DNA of 64,000 bases from Amoebophrya sp. A120 (Eukaryota > Protista > Dinoflagellata). Positions 12,105-23,855 of this stretch are shown in pieces. The position numbers were made by a program, and so were the translations under genes. Under the pieces are notes generated by a model that saw only the letters and a list, made by a program, of their open reading frames with translations, was not told the origin of the DNA and did not search any database. Numbering within the stretch: position 1 is the stretch's first letter; each line of letters opens with the position of its first letter. The DNA lies in the NCBI GenBank assembly GCA_905178155.1, contig CAJINV010000004.1, positions 2,741,456 through 2,805,455 of the forward strand, written 5' to 3'.

Positions 12105-12701
12105 TCACAAATCAAACGACTCTTTGCCCCTGGTCGTCGCCCGCGCGGCCCGCAGAGCGCGGTCGCGGGCAAATTTCGAGTGTGCAAAGGCGTTTTCCAC
12201 GTTGGTCTGCAGTTTTGCGGCCCCCGGAACGCCCTGCACCTTCACCATCGCCGCCTGATTCAGCGTGCTGGCCTTGTCGTTCAGTCGCGCTGCCTCGAGC
12301 AGCAGGTCCTTCGGGGTCGACACAGTTTTCAAGCCCCGGCCGAAACAGCTGCTGAAAACCGGTAGCGACCCGAGCGTCGTGGAGAGAAAGGTCTCGATTT
12401 GGCTGGGAAACGAAAACGCGCTGGTTTTTAGTCGGTTGGAAAGGCCGGCTTCGGAGATGAGCACTGAGTTGTGGCTTTCGCCGATAGAAGAGGACGCTGT
12501 GTCGTCCGCAAGAATTCTACTCGAGGAAGCACATGATGAGGAGGAGCCAGATGTTGATGAAAACGTTCCTTTCACTCTTGCCGTTAAAACCGCATCGGTA
12601 TGATCCGCCGGAAAGAAGGCTCTTGCGAAGAAGGACGAAGATGCCGTCGAACCTCCTGTCATCGAAGCACCAACGGCGGCGTTGGCGCTGCTAGACACCA
12701 T
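12105..12701 (-). CDS. Uncharacterised protein, possible paralog of 10555-11434
   Basis: Intronless ORF; the C-terminal segment P..LL......DKAS....PG....AL...RG resembles the neighbouring gene. Confidence 0.6.
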   Translation of the reverse strand: MVSSSANAAVGASMTGGSTASSSFFARAFFPADHTDAVLTARVKGTFSSTSGSSSSCASSSRILADDTASSSIGESHNSVLISEAGLSNRLKTSAFSFPSQIETFLSTTLGSLPVFSSCFGRGLKTVSTPKDLLLEAARLNDKASTLNQAAMVKVQGVPGAAKLQTNVENAFAHSKFARDRALRAARATTRGKESFDL

Positions 12702-13083
12702 GATCTTGGTTTTGCGTTTCTCAAGAAGGTAGATTTCAACAAGAACAACGCAGACAATTTTGATAAAGTAAACGCGTTCTTTCGTTTGGCTAGAAGTACC
12801 AAGAGTCTTCTCCAGAAACACCAATGCTGCTGGCTCGGATCATGTTGATTCAGCTTCTGAAAAGAACGAACGGCATCATCGATGTGCGAAATTGATGGGT
12901 TCTATTGCTCGAGCTCGACTTTTCTTGTCGACCGTTCACGAAATGAGACAACGAGTTCTGCAGTCGACTCGAAATTCCCGTCGCGAGTCCTGACAGAACT
13001 TCATAAAATGCGTGAAACACGAAGAAGAAGAAGAACAGGTCCGATGGGTACTTGATTCTATTGCCATGAAACAAAAACTTCCA

Positions 13084-14257
13084 CAACTGGCACGAAAACG
13101 ATTGACGAGAATGCAAGGTAAGCACCACGGGCATGCACACACACACCGCCCGGAGGCGGCATGCAATGCACAGCACTGGGAGCAGGATCTTCTCTATCTT
13201 TTTCCAAGGAGGTAACTTGACTTTTCTTTTTCTGAGGGAGCACTACTTTTGTTGTCGTTAGAATAAACAAAACTACCGCCTCTGCATGTTGTGGCCGAGG
13301 TGCATACAAAACGCAGGACCGAACTTTTTCCATCTAGTGCCACCGAGCCGCACAGTGGTCTTGTGCGCTACCACTAGAGTTAGGTCGAGGCGGGCGCTAG
13401 CGCTACGCGGCAGTCACGCAAGCTGGGCTCAACGCAGCAGTCAGGCAATCCTAACCACCACGTCGGCCGTAAAACAGATTTGCGTTTGTCAGAAGTTAGG
13501 AGCTGAAAGAGAAATAACTAAACCCTTTTGCAGACTAGAGAAACTAAAAACTAGGCTCCGAAGAGCTGAGCTGGAATGGGCGAGAAGACTAAGCTCCGAG
13601 GAGCTACCTTGGAAAGGTTTGAAAAAACTATGCTCCGAGGAGCGGGCCTGGGGGAGCTAAAACAAAACGAAGCTTTCAGATTTTGGATTTCAAACAAAAA
13701 AGAACTACACGGCAATAGGTCAGAATAATGGTTTTGGTAATGCGAAAACCCTTAAAACGGCTACAAGTCGTGTTTTGTCGAGATCGCCAGGCGAACTAAC
13801 AAAACTGCAGTTTTAGATGGGGACAAGGCGATACGTGTGAGATCATGGAAAACAGCAGCTCTATTGGACTTTCACTACCGTTCGTGAGTCTGTTTTCCCA
13901 CCATAGCATCGGGACAAGGCGAGCTTGATAAACCAAAAATGAGGTAAAACATTAAGCCAAGTGATCGTGTAATAGCATCGCAAGATTATCAACAACGGCG
14001 TTACCAAGCGAGACAAAACACGACGTCACTCGTCTCTCATCAGTACACCATCGTGTTGCGGACTAGCAAAGCTCTCAACTGATAAAGAGAAAGGTAAAAG
14101 AAAAAAGAAAGCCAAACTCAGGTAGTTTGACTTTTACCTTGCTGTAAAGAGACAGAGATAATGCACTATTTAGAAAGGTACGGTTTTTTTTTTTTTGTGT
14201 TTTTTATTTAACGATCAACTGGCACGAAAACGATTGACGAGAATGCAAGGTAAGCAC
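13084..14257. mobile_element. ~1.09-kb segment flanked by perfect 42-bp direct repeats
   Basis: caactggcacgaaaacgattgacgagaatgcaaggtaagcac at 13084-13125 and 14216-14257. Confidence 0.55.
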
Positions 14258-14796
14258 GACTTCGACTCTCGAAGATACGATCGGATCCTGCGAAAGACCC
14301 TTGCGAGTCGTGGCACATTCAAAAATTAGCAGGAACATGACAAACTACCGTGTAGGTACATGATTAGGTGGCCTTGTTTGCTGCAAGACCCAACAAGTTG
14401 TAGAGCCATTTCTTTGAACTTCTCTGTCGAGTACGTCTGTGTCAGTGTGTGTCGCTTGTTGATGAAGAAACAAATGGTGCTCGCGTTCATCGAGGATCGC
14501 CTACTCAGGTGCAACGAAGAAAATTGGACGATAGCAATTATGCGGGTACAACCTTATAATGCACTTAAAGAAGAAGGAGGTGTGAAGTTGTAAATTGAGA
14601 TCGGAGCCAAGTCCTTGAAACGTTTTCTTATATCGATCCCAAATTTGTATATTGTTTCCCGTTTGAGACGAGAAGGAGCTCTTGTCGTTGCTTGTCGTGA
14701 TTTCTCTCGCAAAACGTTACACAGTTGCGACCAAGCTCGAAGGATCTTTATCCACCACGATAATTACGTCTATTTATCTTCATTTCGACATCATCA

Positions 14797-17700
14797 TTAT
14801 TTCCTGGAGAGCAAAACCCCGTTTTCGATGTGGGGCGTGAAGGGAAAGTGGTCCAGCACCGCCCACTCCGAAACGGAGTGCGTCCCTGCCAACACGTCCA
14901 GATCCCGCCGCAAGCTGCTGGGCGAGCAGGAGATGTAGAGAATTTTGTCGAACTGGGAAACGAATTTCAAAGTAGTCTTGTCGACGCGAGTTTTCCTTTT
15001 CTCCCCCTGTTTCCCGTTGCTGGACGCGTGCTGCAGACCCTCCCTCGGCGGGTCCACGAGCACCCAGGAATCGTCCGCCTTTATGGAAGCGTCAGGATTG
15101 AAATCGTCAAAGTTGAAATAATTTCTCATGCATAAATTGCAAGACATGAAGTGCCTCTCTTGCAGGGATGGCAAGTGAGGCAGATTGTGAGCCTATTTAG
15201 GGTTTGGGATAGAGCTGCTAAAGTAGCATGACAAAAGCAGTCTTCTGTGCCCAAACAGCATGACAAACTGGATTCAAGTGCTCCGAAAATTTGTCATGCG
15301 CCGCTTGGAAATTGGGCTTTCAAGAACTGGTATCGACTTTATGCATTGCAAGTTGTTTCAACTTTGTCGATTTCAATCCTGACACTCCCATAGCCTTCGC
15401 GCGCGCAATCACGGCTTCGTTTTTCTGGAACTCCTTGCAGGCCTTCTGACTCGGCGCGAGAATCGCGTGGATTTGAGTTCTACAACTACTTCCTGTTGGT
15501 TTTGCTATTTCTGGAGAACCGGCCACCAACCCGTTTAGCTGAATATTCCTTTCCAGCATCTGCACTAGGTTCGCATCGATCTCAACCGCGTGAATCTCGT
15601 CGAAGAGGTCACTGAGCGCGATCGTGTGACTCCCAATACCGCAGTACAGCTCCAAGAGGGAAGTTGTCCTCGTCGGGGAGGACGTGATAGAAGTGTTCTG
15701 TTGTCTGCTGATGTGGTTGCTCTCCTGCTCCGGCAACCAACATTTCTTGTACTTCTTCACCATGGCCCGGAGCCACTGCGCCGTGCTGATCTGAATCCAG
15801 GGGTTTGGGTTACTGAAGGAATTGAACACCAGAGCGTAGTGGATTTCGAAGAAGTTTTTGCTCTTTTTCATACCCCTTGCGGTCGTGGTGGCCTGGAGGT
15901 CGCCGTCGTGTACACTTTTGCTATAATTCGCGTGGTCCTCAAACTCAAATCCCATCGAGTGCTTGTTCATCATCGTCTTCGCCTTACAACTCGTTTTATT
16001 CTCGATCTGCAGTGACTCCCGCAACGTTACCTTTGCCGCCAGCCTCCGGCAGGTTTCCGCGGTTGTCGCCCAAGAGATTTGCGCTGGACTCTGTTTCTTC
16101 CCCGATTTTTTTAGCACAATCAGCCGATCCTTGGTGGAAAAGAGGAAGGTGCGTGTGACAGTAGTAGTGTCGGGATGGGAAGAAGGAGGGAGCACTTCTC
16201 CTCCGGGATGTTCTTGTCGTTCTTTTCGTTCATCTGGAGCTGCGCCGTCAACTAGTAGAGCCGCCTTTTTAGCAGAATTTGTCGTCGAATAAGTGGGCAC
16301 CTCCGAACGGCGCTGTTCAAAATCGTATGCGGATCTTTCGAAAAACAACTCGTGGAGGAATGGAGCCAATTCCTCCGGAGAATCAAAGGAGAGGTTTTGT
16401 TTCTGTTCTTCAGCTTCAACAGCGAAGTTGTCAGCCTTATTTCCTGGTGCAGGTGCTTGTGGTCGTGTGGAAACAGCACAGGGGGCGGTGGCTGTGCAAA
16501 TGTTGGCTGCAGGGGGAGCTCCGCCGCCTCCCGCGTTTTCCGCATCACCGAGGTCGTCCGAAGTTGGAACAAAGCCTTTGCCGCGGTCTACTTCACAGCT
16601 GGGGTCGATCTTTTTCCCATTTAATTCGAGGTGGACTCGTGCTCGTCCGTTATTTTCATCTTGTTCGGCTTGTTTATTATTATTTCCAGCTGAATGCTGC
16701 TCCGGAAGACGAAGAACATCCTTAAGCAGCAGCGGACGAGAACCACGATCACCAGAGCCAGTACCTGTCGAACTTGCGCACACCTCCAGCTTGTTCCCGT
16801 CGAATAGAAACTGGCAAACCATGTCAAGCCCCGTCGTCACCGTGTGCAGCTGCATGCCCGTGAAGGCCTCGCCGCGGAAATTGTGCAACAAACAGCGGAC
16901 TTGCGTGTTTAAAAAGAAGCTGTCGTCGCAGACGACTTGCAGCCCCTTCGCCAAGCTCGTAATAGACATCCGCTCCGGGACGGTCTCGCGAATGACGATT
17001 TCTGACAGAACGTCGTTCGCGTTCTTCTTTACCTTGCACGACACCGGAGCAGGAGCAGGCGATGAAAAATTATTTTTGTTCATGCACTTCAGCACAGGCT
17101 CGGCGTCGAACAATATGAAATGCAACTTGGACAACTTCAGGATCTCAGCGATTGTTTCCGAAACGACCTGCGTTGTAGTATCGCGATCCACGTTCTTCTT
17201 GTTTTGTTCCTCGCCCTGGTGGTCCTCTCGATGTTCATCAGCTTCGTCGACGTCGTTGTAGTTTCTTGTAGTTGTAGAAGAACAATGCTCACCGTTCTTC
17301 TTCCCTTGTTTGGTGCTCCGTTCCGCCAGCTCGTCCTCCCACTTCCTCATTTCGCACTCGACCTTCCGACGCCCGATGAAATTTCGGTTATAAACGTGGA
17401 AAAACCACACGAGAGGGAGTTTCAGGAAATGATCAGGAGCGCCGGGCGGGGGAGGACCACTAGTGGTAGTGCCGCAGCTTGGGGGGTCAGAAGGTGACGC
17501 TGACGTTTTCGAAGTGGTAGGAGCACTACTTCTTCCACCCGCGCCGGTGCTTGAGCTGGGAGAATCATCACCACACCCACACGAAGCTGCGCTATTCGTT
17601 TCTGCTTTTTCCCCTCTGACTACCGCGTCCGCGACCTCCACTGCAGGAGAACAACTTTGTTTTTGAGAAAATAACCCACCCGACGACGACGACATCCGCC

Positions 17701-18560
17701 ACAGCTCCACCACTTTCCGCACAAAACTGACTTTCACCACTGAAATTCTGGTCCGGAACCGAAACTGCTGGTCTGGCGACCGGAACAGGGACAGGGTTTG
17801 CCTTTTCTTGCATTCTGCCGCCTCAGGGAAATAGTCTTCGACAAAAGAAGTTTTTTTTCCAAACTCAAACTCGTAGGAAGTCAGGGTCGGGGGCGAGAAG
17901 TGTATGGGGTTCTCAAACGTTACATTCTCAACTGTTACATAAATTTGTCATGCAAAAGCACCATCATCACCCACGCGACCAAGCTGCTTCGCATGACAAG
18001 TTTACCTAGGGCTAAACAGCACCTAAATCTGTGTGGAACTTGTAATGCTACAGGCGCAATCTCCCCTCTTTCACTTTTCTCATTCTTGCATCACAAATCC
18101 ATGTAACAGTTGAGAATGTAACAGTTGAGAACGCCATAAAGTGGTCGCTGAGGTTGTGAGGAGTAGATTTTTGCGATGTACTAGTACACAAGGATATTTT
18201 ATTTACGTCGAGACCTTCCGCGCCAGAGCTGCTCGTCGTCCCACCACAATGATCACGGTTGGTTTGACTGGGCGATGTTGCGTTATGATACTTGATTTCG
18301 ACCGCCCCCGCAGACGTTTGATGGTGACTTTGTCCGTCGTACACAGTATGGTTATTTTTCACAGGCGTAGTCCCGGCAGAAGAAGATGACGCAGCTGGTG
18401 CCCCACCAGCGTCGGTGGACCTTGTTCTTGATCGATTGGAAAATAAATCTTCCGTTTCCAACCCGGGGACGATGCCGTGCTGCTTGGCGCTGCTTGTCTT
18501 CATCGTAGTTGACGTAACAGGCCTGCGGATAGATGGATCATGGGTCGTCGGGGGCGGCAT
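14797..18560 (-). CDS. trmA: TrmA-like tRNA (uracil-5-)-methyltransferase, 3 exons, with long low-complexity insertions
   Basis: Motifs LFRSPDQQFRFR, SFSNPN, LLELYCGIGSHTIAL, VDPPREG, KILYISCSP, DHFPFTPHIENGVLL. Frames join after removing introners 17903-18138 and 15082-15392, each plus 5 bp. Confidence 0.88.
15082..15392. mobile_element. Introner, family D (311 bp)
   Basis: TIR TATGGAAGCGTCAGGATTGAAATCGTCAAAGTTGAAA; perfect direct repeat gcctt. Confidence 0.92.
17903..18138. mobile_element. Introner, family C (236 bp)
   Basis: TIR TATGG.GTTCTCAA..GTTACATTCTCAACTGTTACA; perfect direct repeat aagtg; related to 45053-45294. Confidence 0.92.
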
Positions 18561-19556
18561 TTTTGTTGATTTTGATATGGGGGGTTACGCTTGGTTGAAT
18601 ACAATGTTTCAATTAGTATGTTCTTTCTGGTCAAACATACATCCTCAAATGTGTTGATAGTTGTGCCTTTTCAAGCAAACCTCTTCTAGCACGTCAACAC
18701 GACAGGACCAACTTGATCGCCTGCGAAGATGAAACACAGGAGAATGAATGATCTGAAAAATGTGGCGTGTCATGAAGGCGAGACCTTGTTTCGGGATCGA
18801 GTTTATGATCTCTGGGATTCATACTTGTCTGAAGCGGCCTTGCTGGACAAGCTCACGTGTTTTCGTCATTTCTCCTTGTGATCGTGATCCGATGAAGAGA
18901 CGAACGCAACGTGGAAGATGCTTTTGGATCCTTGGGCTTGGCCACGGTCGTCTCGGAAAATTTCTTTTTATTCAGGTGCTAGAGAGCGCAGAGGAACATG
19001 ATCAATATGATGCTGATATCATCAGAAAGCTGCAAAATTCTGAGTGTCAGCAGTACTCGCAAATAGAAAAAGATCGCCGCTCTCCACCCTGCCTTCACAG
19101 CGTTGCAAAGAAAATTATACGAAGATCTTTGTCTTTCTGATCATGCGGATTTTTCGAGGATGTGAGCTTCTGGATCTTCTTCCTGCTTTGAGAACAAAAG
19201 TTGTTTTTTTGTGCCGACAGCCACAACCACTTGTCCGACATGCAGCTTGTATTGGGTGGAAAGCTCTATCGTCGGTGACACTCATGGGTAGTTGAAATTC
19301 ATGATTTACGGGTCGTCGTGCTCGTGGTGGCATCACATTATCAACCTGCTCATGGGGGGGGGGGGCGGGGGGTTTACGCGGTAACTAAAAAAAGCGACCA
19401 AGAAGGGTACAGACAATTAGGGTACTACTGATGTTTGAGAAGACCTCCATGATCCAACCAATGAATAGATGGCACTTTACATACTAGTTGTGACAGAAGC
19501 TGCGAACGCGAAGGAAAACCCAGCGATGCAGTACTTAAAAAATGCGGGCCTCTACT

Positions 19557-22500
19557 CTATCCCCTCCCCCGGCCCCAGAGTCCGCCGAGCGCGCCCCCGA
19601 TTTTATTCAATGCGCCCTTGATCTTGCCCTGTTTTTTCGGCAGAAACTCTTCCAAGTTGGGGCCGGGCAGCTCGAGCTCCGCAAGGTCGTTGATGATGGG
19701 CGGCAGGTGGAGCAACTCCAGTGGCACATTGGGAAAGACCGTGCCGGGGAGCTGGTTATTCGCAGTAGAAGACAGAAGCGGCGCAGCACTTGACTGTCCG
19801 GACGTTGCCCCGGGCTCATCCAGCGCTCCGGGTACCGACAGAACCATACTACGTGCGTGCCACCTGGGAAATTTTGTGTTTGTAGACATCTGGATATGGA
19901 AATGGATTAGAAGAAGACATTGAATCATTCATCCTTTCTTGACTTGAACCAAATTCGCAACATCATGACCGCGTAGTTCAGAAACGAGCTACGTCGCGAT
20001 TTTATAAATCCAAAAAAAAAGAGATGAACAAAGTAGACTAAGATAAATACGCCATGGCTCTGTTCGGGAGGTCACTACGCAGTGTATTGAGAATTTTTGT
20101 CGCTTGCTGGAAGGGTTCCGGGAGCGTCAGTGGCTCTTCCGTTTGCTGCATCTCCATGCGGCCGCGTATGAGCTCCAAAATACCCGACGCCTCTGCGTAC
20201 TTGCCGCAACAGAGGTAGCAGAGCGCTGTTGTGAAATTTCGAAGAAGGTAGGAACGAATGATGAAGAGAATGAAAAGTGAAAAAGTTGCAATATGTAGTC
20301 GTTGATATTATTGTGAAGTACAACAGGAGGAAGACCCATAGAAATGTTGGATGCCTGCTGCTTTCCATCATACCCAACGACATCGACATCAACATGCGAA
20401 TGAACAAGATAAAGATTCTTCCAAATGCAAACTTCCAATACTTTTGTACCAACAAAAAAGCCGCGTAGGTTCATCAAAAGGTTTTCGACGTCTGCCAGAC
20501 CGTCTTCCAGCTCTTCGCTTTCCAATTTTCCGAATTGCGACTTAATCAGCTCCGCAAACCGCACGCCCTCTTCCGGCCGTGCCCCCTTGGCGCCGAGCTG
20601 CTCGATGGAGGAAAGACCGTCTATTTTCGCACCAAGCCGTTCCAGGAAAAGCAAGTCGCGTTCTGGGAAATGATTTGAGGTTGTATTTTCGATACACAGC
20701 AAGTTTTTGACAAGAACGAATAGTGCTTCTAAAAATGACGGCACTTCTAGGTTGGGAAATCATGAATGTGGTGTGGTGGTTCTAGTAAAAAGCGATCGTG
20801 CTTCTTAAGAAGTAGAAAACAATTTTCTAATTATATTCTTTAGTATCCTTTATCAATACCGACACAGATGGCCGTGAGCTGTTCGCGGCACATTTTTTCC
20901 AAAGCGGCCACCTTATCCCCTTTCCGGAGCATCTCTTCATGGATACTTGCCAAGGCGTCCTGCATCAAATTGACGCCCTCCGCGTAAATTTGCTCCACGG
21001 CGCTCTGCGTTGTTATACTGCTGGCGTTCATTTTCCCCCCAGCACTGGTGCTCGAACTACTTGCGCCGCTGGTGGTTGTTGTCGTGCTAGAAGTCGCTAG
21101 CACTTTCCCCCTATGAACTGCAAAAGTATCGCACTCGTATAAATGCATGACAAATTCCCTCAGCATGAGAGACAAAATTTGCAATGCGGATTTACCTTGA
21201 GAAAAAGATTTGTAATGCATGATTGCAATACGAGTACGATACTTGCACACAGGATACCCTCGGGCTTTTTCCACCGCTGCGAAGGCCAAGTCGAGCTTTT
21301 CCTTCGTCTGCCCCGACGTGCAGTCGATTTTTTGGCCGCGAAAGGAGTAGGTCTCGACGATTTCTTCCATTTCCACGTCGTCGACCTTGGTGATGCTCGA
21401 GGACGTGCTCTGCTTGCTCGCTTCCTGGTTCAGCACCCCCGCGTTGTGCTTGCAGCGCTTCAGCAGCGGGTCGACTTCTTCCACCATGGTTTTGTACAAA
21501 TCCGGGTCTTTGGAAGCGGCAGCCAGACGCTCGTACGCGGAACGGCACCTGATATGGAGTTATTGATGGGGGGTCGTTTGCTACCGAAGATATCACGACC
21601 ATCACAAATAGGATGGGAAAAACAATTAGCTTTTACTCACGATCATGCAACAAGTCGTAGTTGTGTACAGACGATGAAACACTACTATATTCGCTGGCGC
21701 GTTGCGGCCCAACAAAAACAATAAACCAAGCAGTTTAATAGCTCTCGAAGTACTTTTCGAGCATTTTCGCCGCCGCCGCGAAGTTTTCCTGTTCCATGAG
21801 CAGTAGTGAGTCCATGTAGAATTGGTAGGCCTCCGTTTCCCTTTATGGATTGCAAAAGTATTGTACTGGTATAAATTGCATCACAATTTTTTTCAAGAAG
21901 AAAAATGGAATTTGTAATGCTGATTTACCTCTAAAAGGGATATTTGTCATGCATGATAGCAATTACTACGAGTACGATACTTTTGCACAGGATACCCTTT
22001 GCGTTCGCAGGTCGCAGGTGTGGAGCGAAAATTTGTGCAGCACCTTGGCACAGGAACTAGCTTTTCTTAGCTTGCGCACGCTGTGCTGCTTGCTGGCACT
22101 GGAGAAGGCCGCGCGCACCGCATTGTCCCCCTTCAATTGTTGGAAAAAGGACCAATTGCGCTCCGTCTGTACCAGGAGAATTTCCAGGTCCTGCTCACAT
22201 TTGATCTCCAGGATGGGCGTCTCCTTCTTCCAGCGGCCCTTGCCTGGAAAATTAATTAAATATTGTGGGGAAACGAGATTAGGAACATTTACAATCATCC
22301 TGCTGCAAGATTCCTGAATGCATTGCTTAGATTCAGGAGATTTTTGCATGGTTTCGAATGATATTTCATAATAAATAAGTTCGTAATTTGCATCTCTATA
22401 CCGTGCCCGCGTTTCGCGGCTTTGTATAGGCGCTGGAGTCGTCGGGTGCAGTATTGGCGATACCGATAGTGATCGTTGTGGCGCAGGCCGTTGGCGTCTT

Positions 22501-22612
22501 GGTTCGCCCGGGCGGTCTTGAGCAGATCAAAACTGAAAATCTGCACCGGTGGAGTCAGTTTGTCTTCGGCCGGTGGCACCACGACAGCCTCAGACTCAGA
22601 GTCGACTTCCAT
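19557..22612 (-). CDS. SRP68: Signal recognition particle subunit SRP68, multi-exon
   Basis: GLRHNDHYRYRQYCTRRL, ERNWSFFQQLK, KLRKA, EVDPLLKRC, RPEEGVR and C-terminal PPIINDLA...P.L...GGLWG. GT-AG introns 22244-22401 and 21549-21753 plus two introners; some 3' junctions unresolved. Confidence 0.9.
21112..21256 (-). mobile_element. Introner, family A (145 bp), stop-free and in frame
   Basis: TAT..ATA ends, direct repeat ccccc/ccctc. Confidence 0.9.
21844..21994 (-). mobile_element. Introner, family A (151 bp)
   Basis: Perfect direct repeat ccctt; removal gives DLRTQRETEAY. Confidence 0.92.
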
Positions 22613-23855
22613 GTTCGCGGTGAGCGTTTAGCTCAAGTCGAGGAAAAAATGAATTTTGATAGATGGTTGGCACAAGTAGTAAAAGTAGGTCTGCTATGGG
22701 TTGTTGTGATACGCTTTTAATAGATTATTCTACAATAATTTGAAGTGAGGAATCCTCGGTGTTTCTGTTTTCAGGTACACGATGAATTTGATCAGACGAG
22801 GAATCAGTAAACAGTGATCGATGAGAGAAAGTTGAAGCGAGAAAAAGTTGGACCAAAAGCTTGTCAATGTTGTGTTCGATCGTCAGTGACCACCATGCTT
22901 TGATCTTAGCCGAGGCACGGCTTCTGTGGATCTACTTTTCCATCAAAAAGTTGATCTTCGGCTTTTGGAAGTTCTTGTATACATACTAGTCCTTTTGGTT
23001 TAATTTTTCAGCACTAGAAGAGCTGAATGCACTTTCAGAATGTGTAGTTTCCTGGCTTGTATACAGCTTATACTTATTGCCTCGCGGCAGTAGAGCATGC
23101 AGGATGATGAACAAGAACATTATGAGCTGCAGCCTGTACCTTGGTAGTACAATGGTATGTGCATCAATGCACGACACAAAGGATTATTAAAAGCACTGCT
23201 GTGCGAATTATTATTTTCGGCGTTTCTTTTTGCGTATGCGTATGCGTACTTATGCGTTTATTCGATGTAAGAGTTCATTTTGTGTCGTCCTGAAGACGGC
23301 TGGTAAAACATCAACATAATGCGTGATGGAAGTGAAGTCTTCAGTTCTGACAAGCTCTACCACAACTGCCTTCGAAACGAGCCGAGATGATCTAGGATCC
23401 GAGCGAAATCGAATATTCGTGTGTGTCGCAGCATCTTCGTGCATTTGACTTTTTGAAAAAGCATTCTACAGTGTGGCCATAGACAGGCCGCGACATAGAC
23501 ATCTGATGCACATGCGATACGATCACGAGCTCCTAACGTTTAAGCATCGCTAGTCGGGCGGCTCAAAAGGGGTTGCAAGCGCAGCACGGACAAAGAAGTA
23601 GCAACTTCGTCGAGAGGTGAGTGGGAGCAAAAGCTCTTTTTCAGGACCAATATTCTGTACACTAAGTAAAATCGGGCTTAGTAGGTTCTTGTAGTCAGCA
23701 GCAGAAAACTGACACTGCACATGATTAAGGCCCTTCTTTATCTTTGCTGTGAAAGAGCAGAACTACAAAGCACACGCTTGCTCGCGGCAACAACAAAACG
23801 GAAAATGCAGCTTCTATCCAGCGCGCTTTTCAAGTAGCCAGCCCGAGAAGTCGTC

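Noticed and set aside
16293-17261. Plus-strand ORFs such as 16293-17261 and 31405-32160
   Set aside because: Antisense shadows of GC-rich minus-strand exons.
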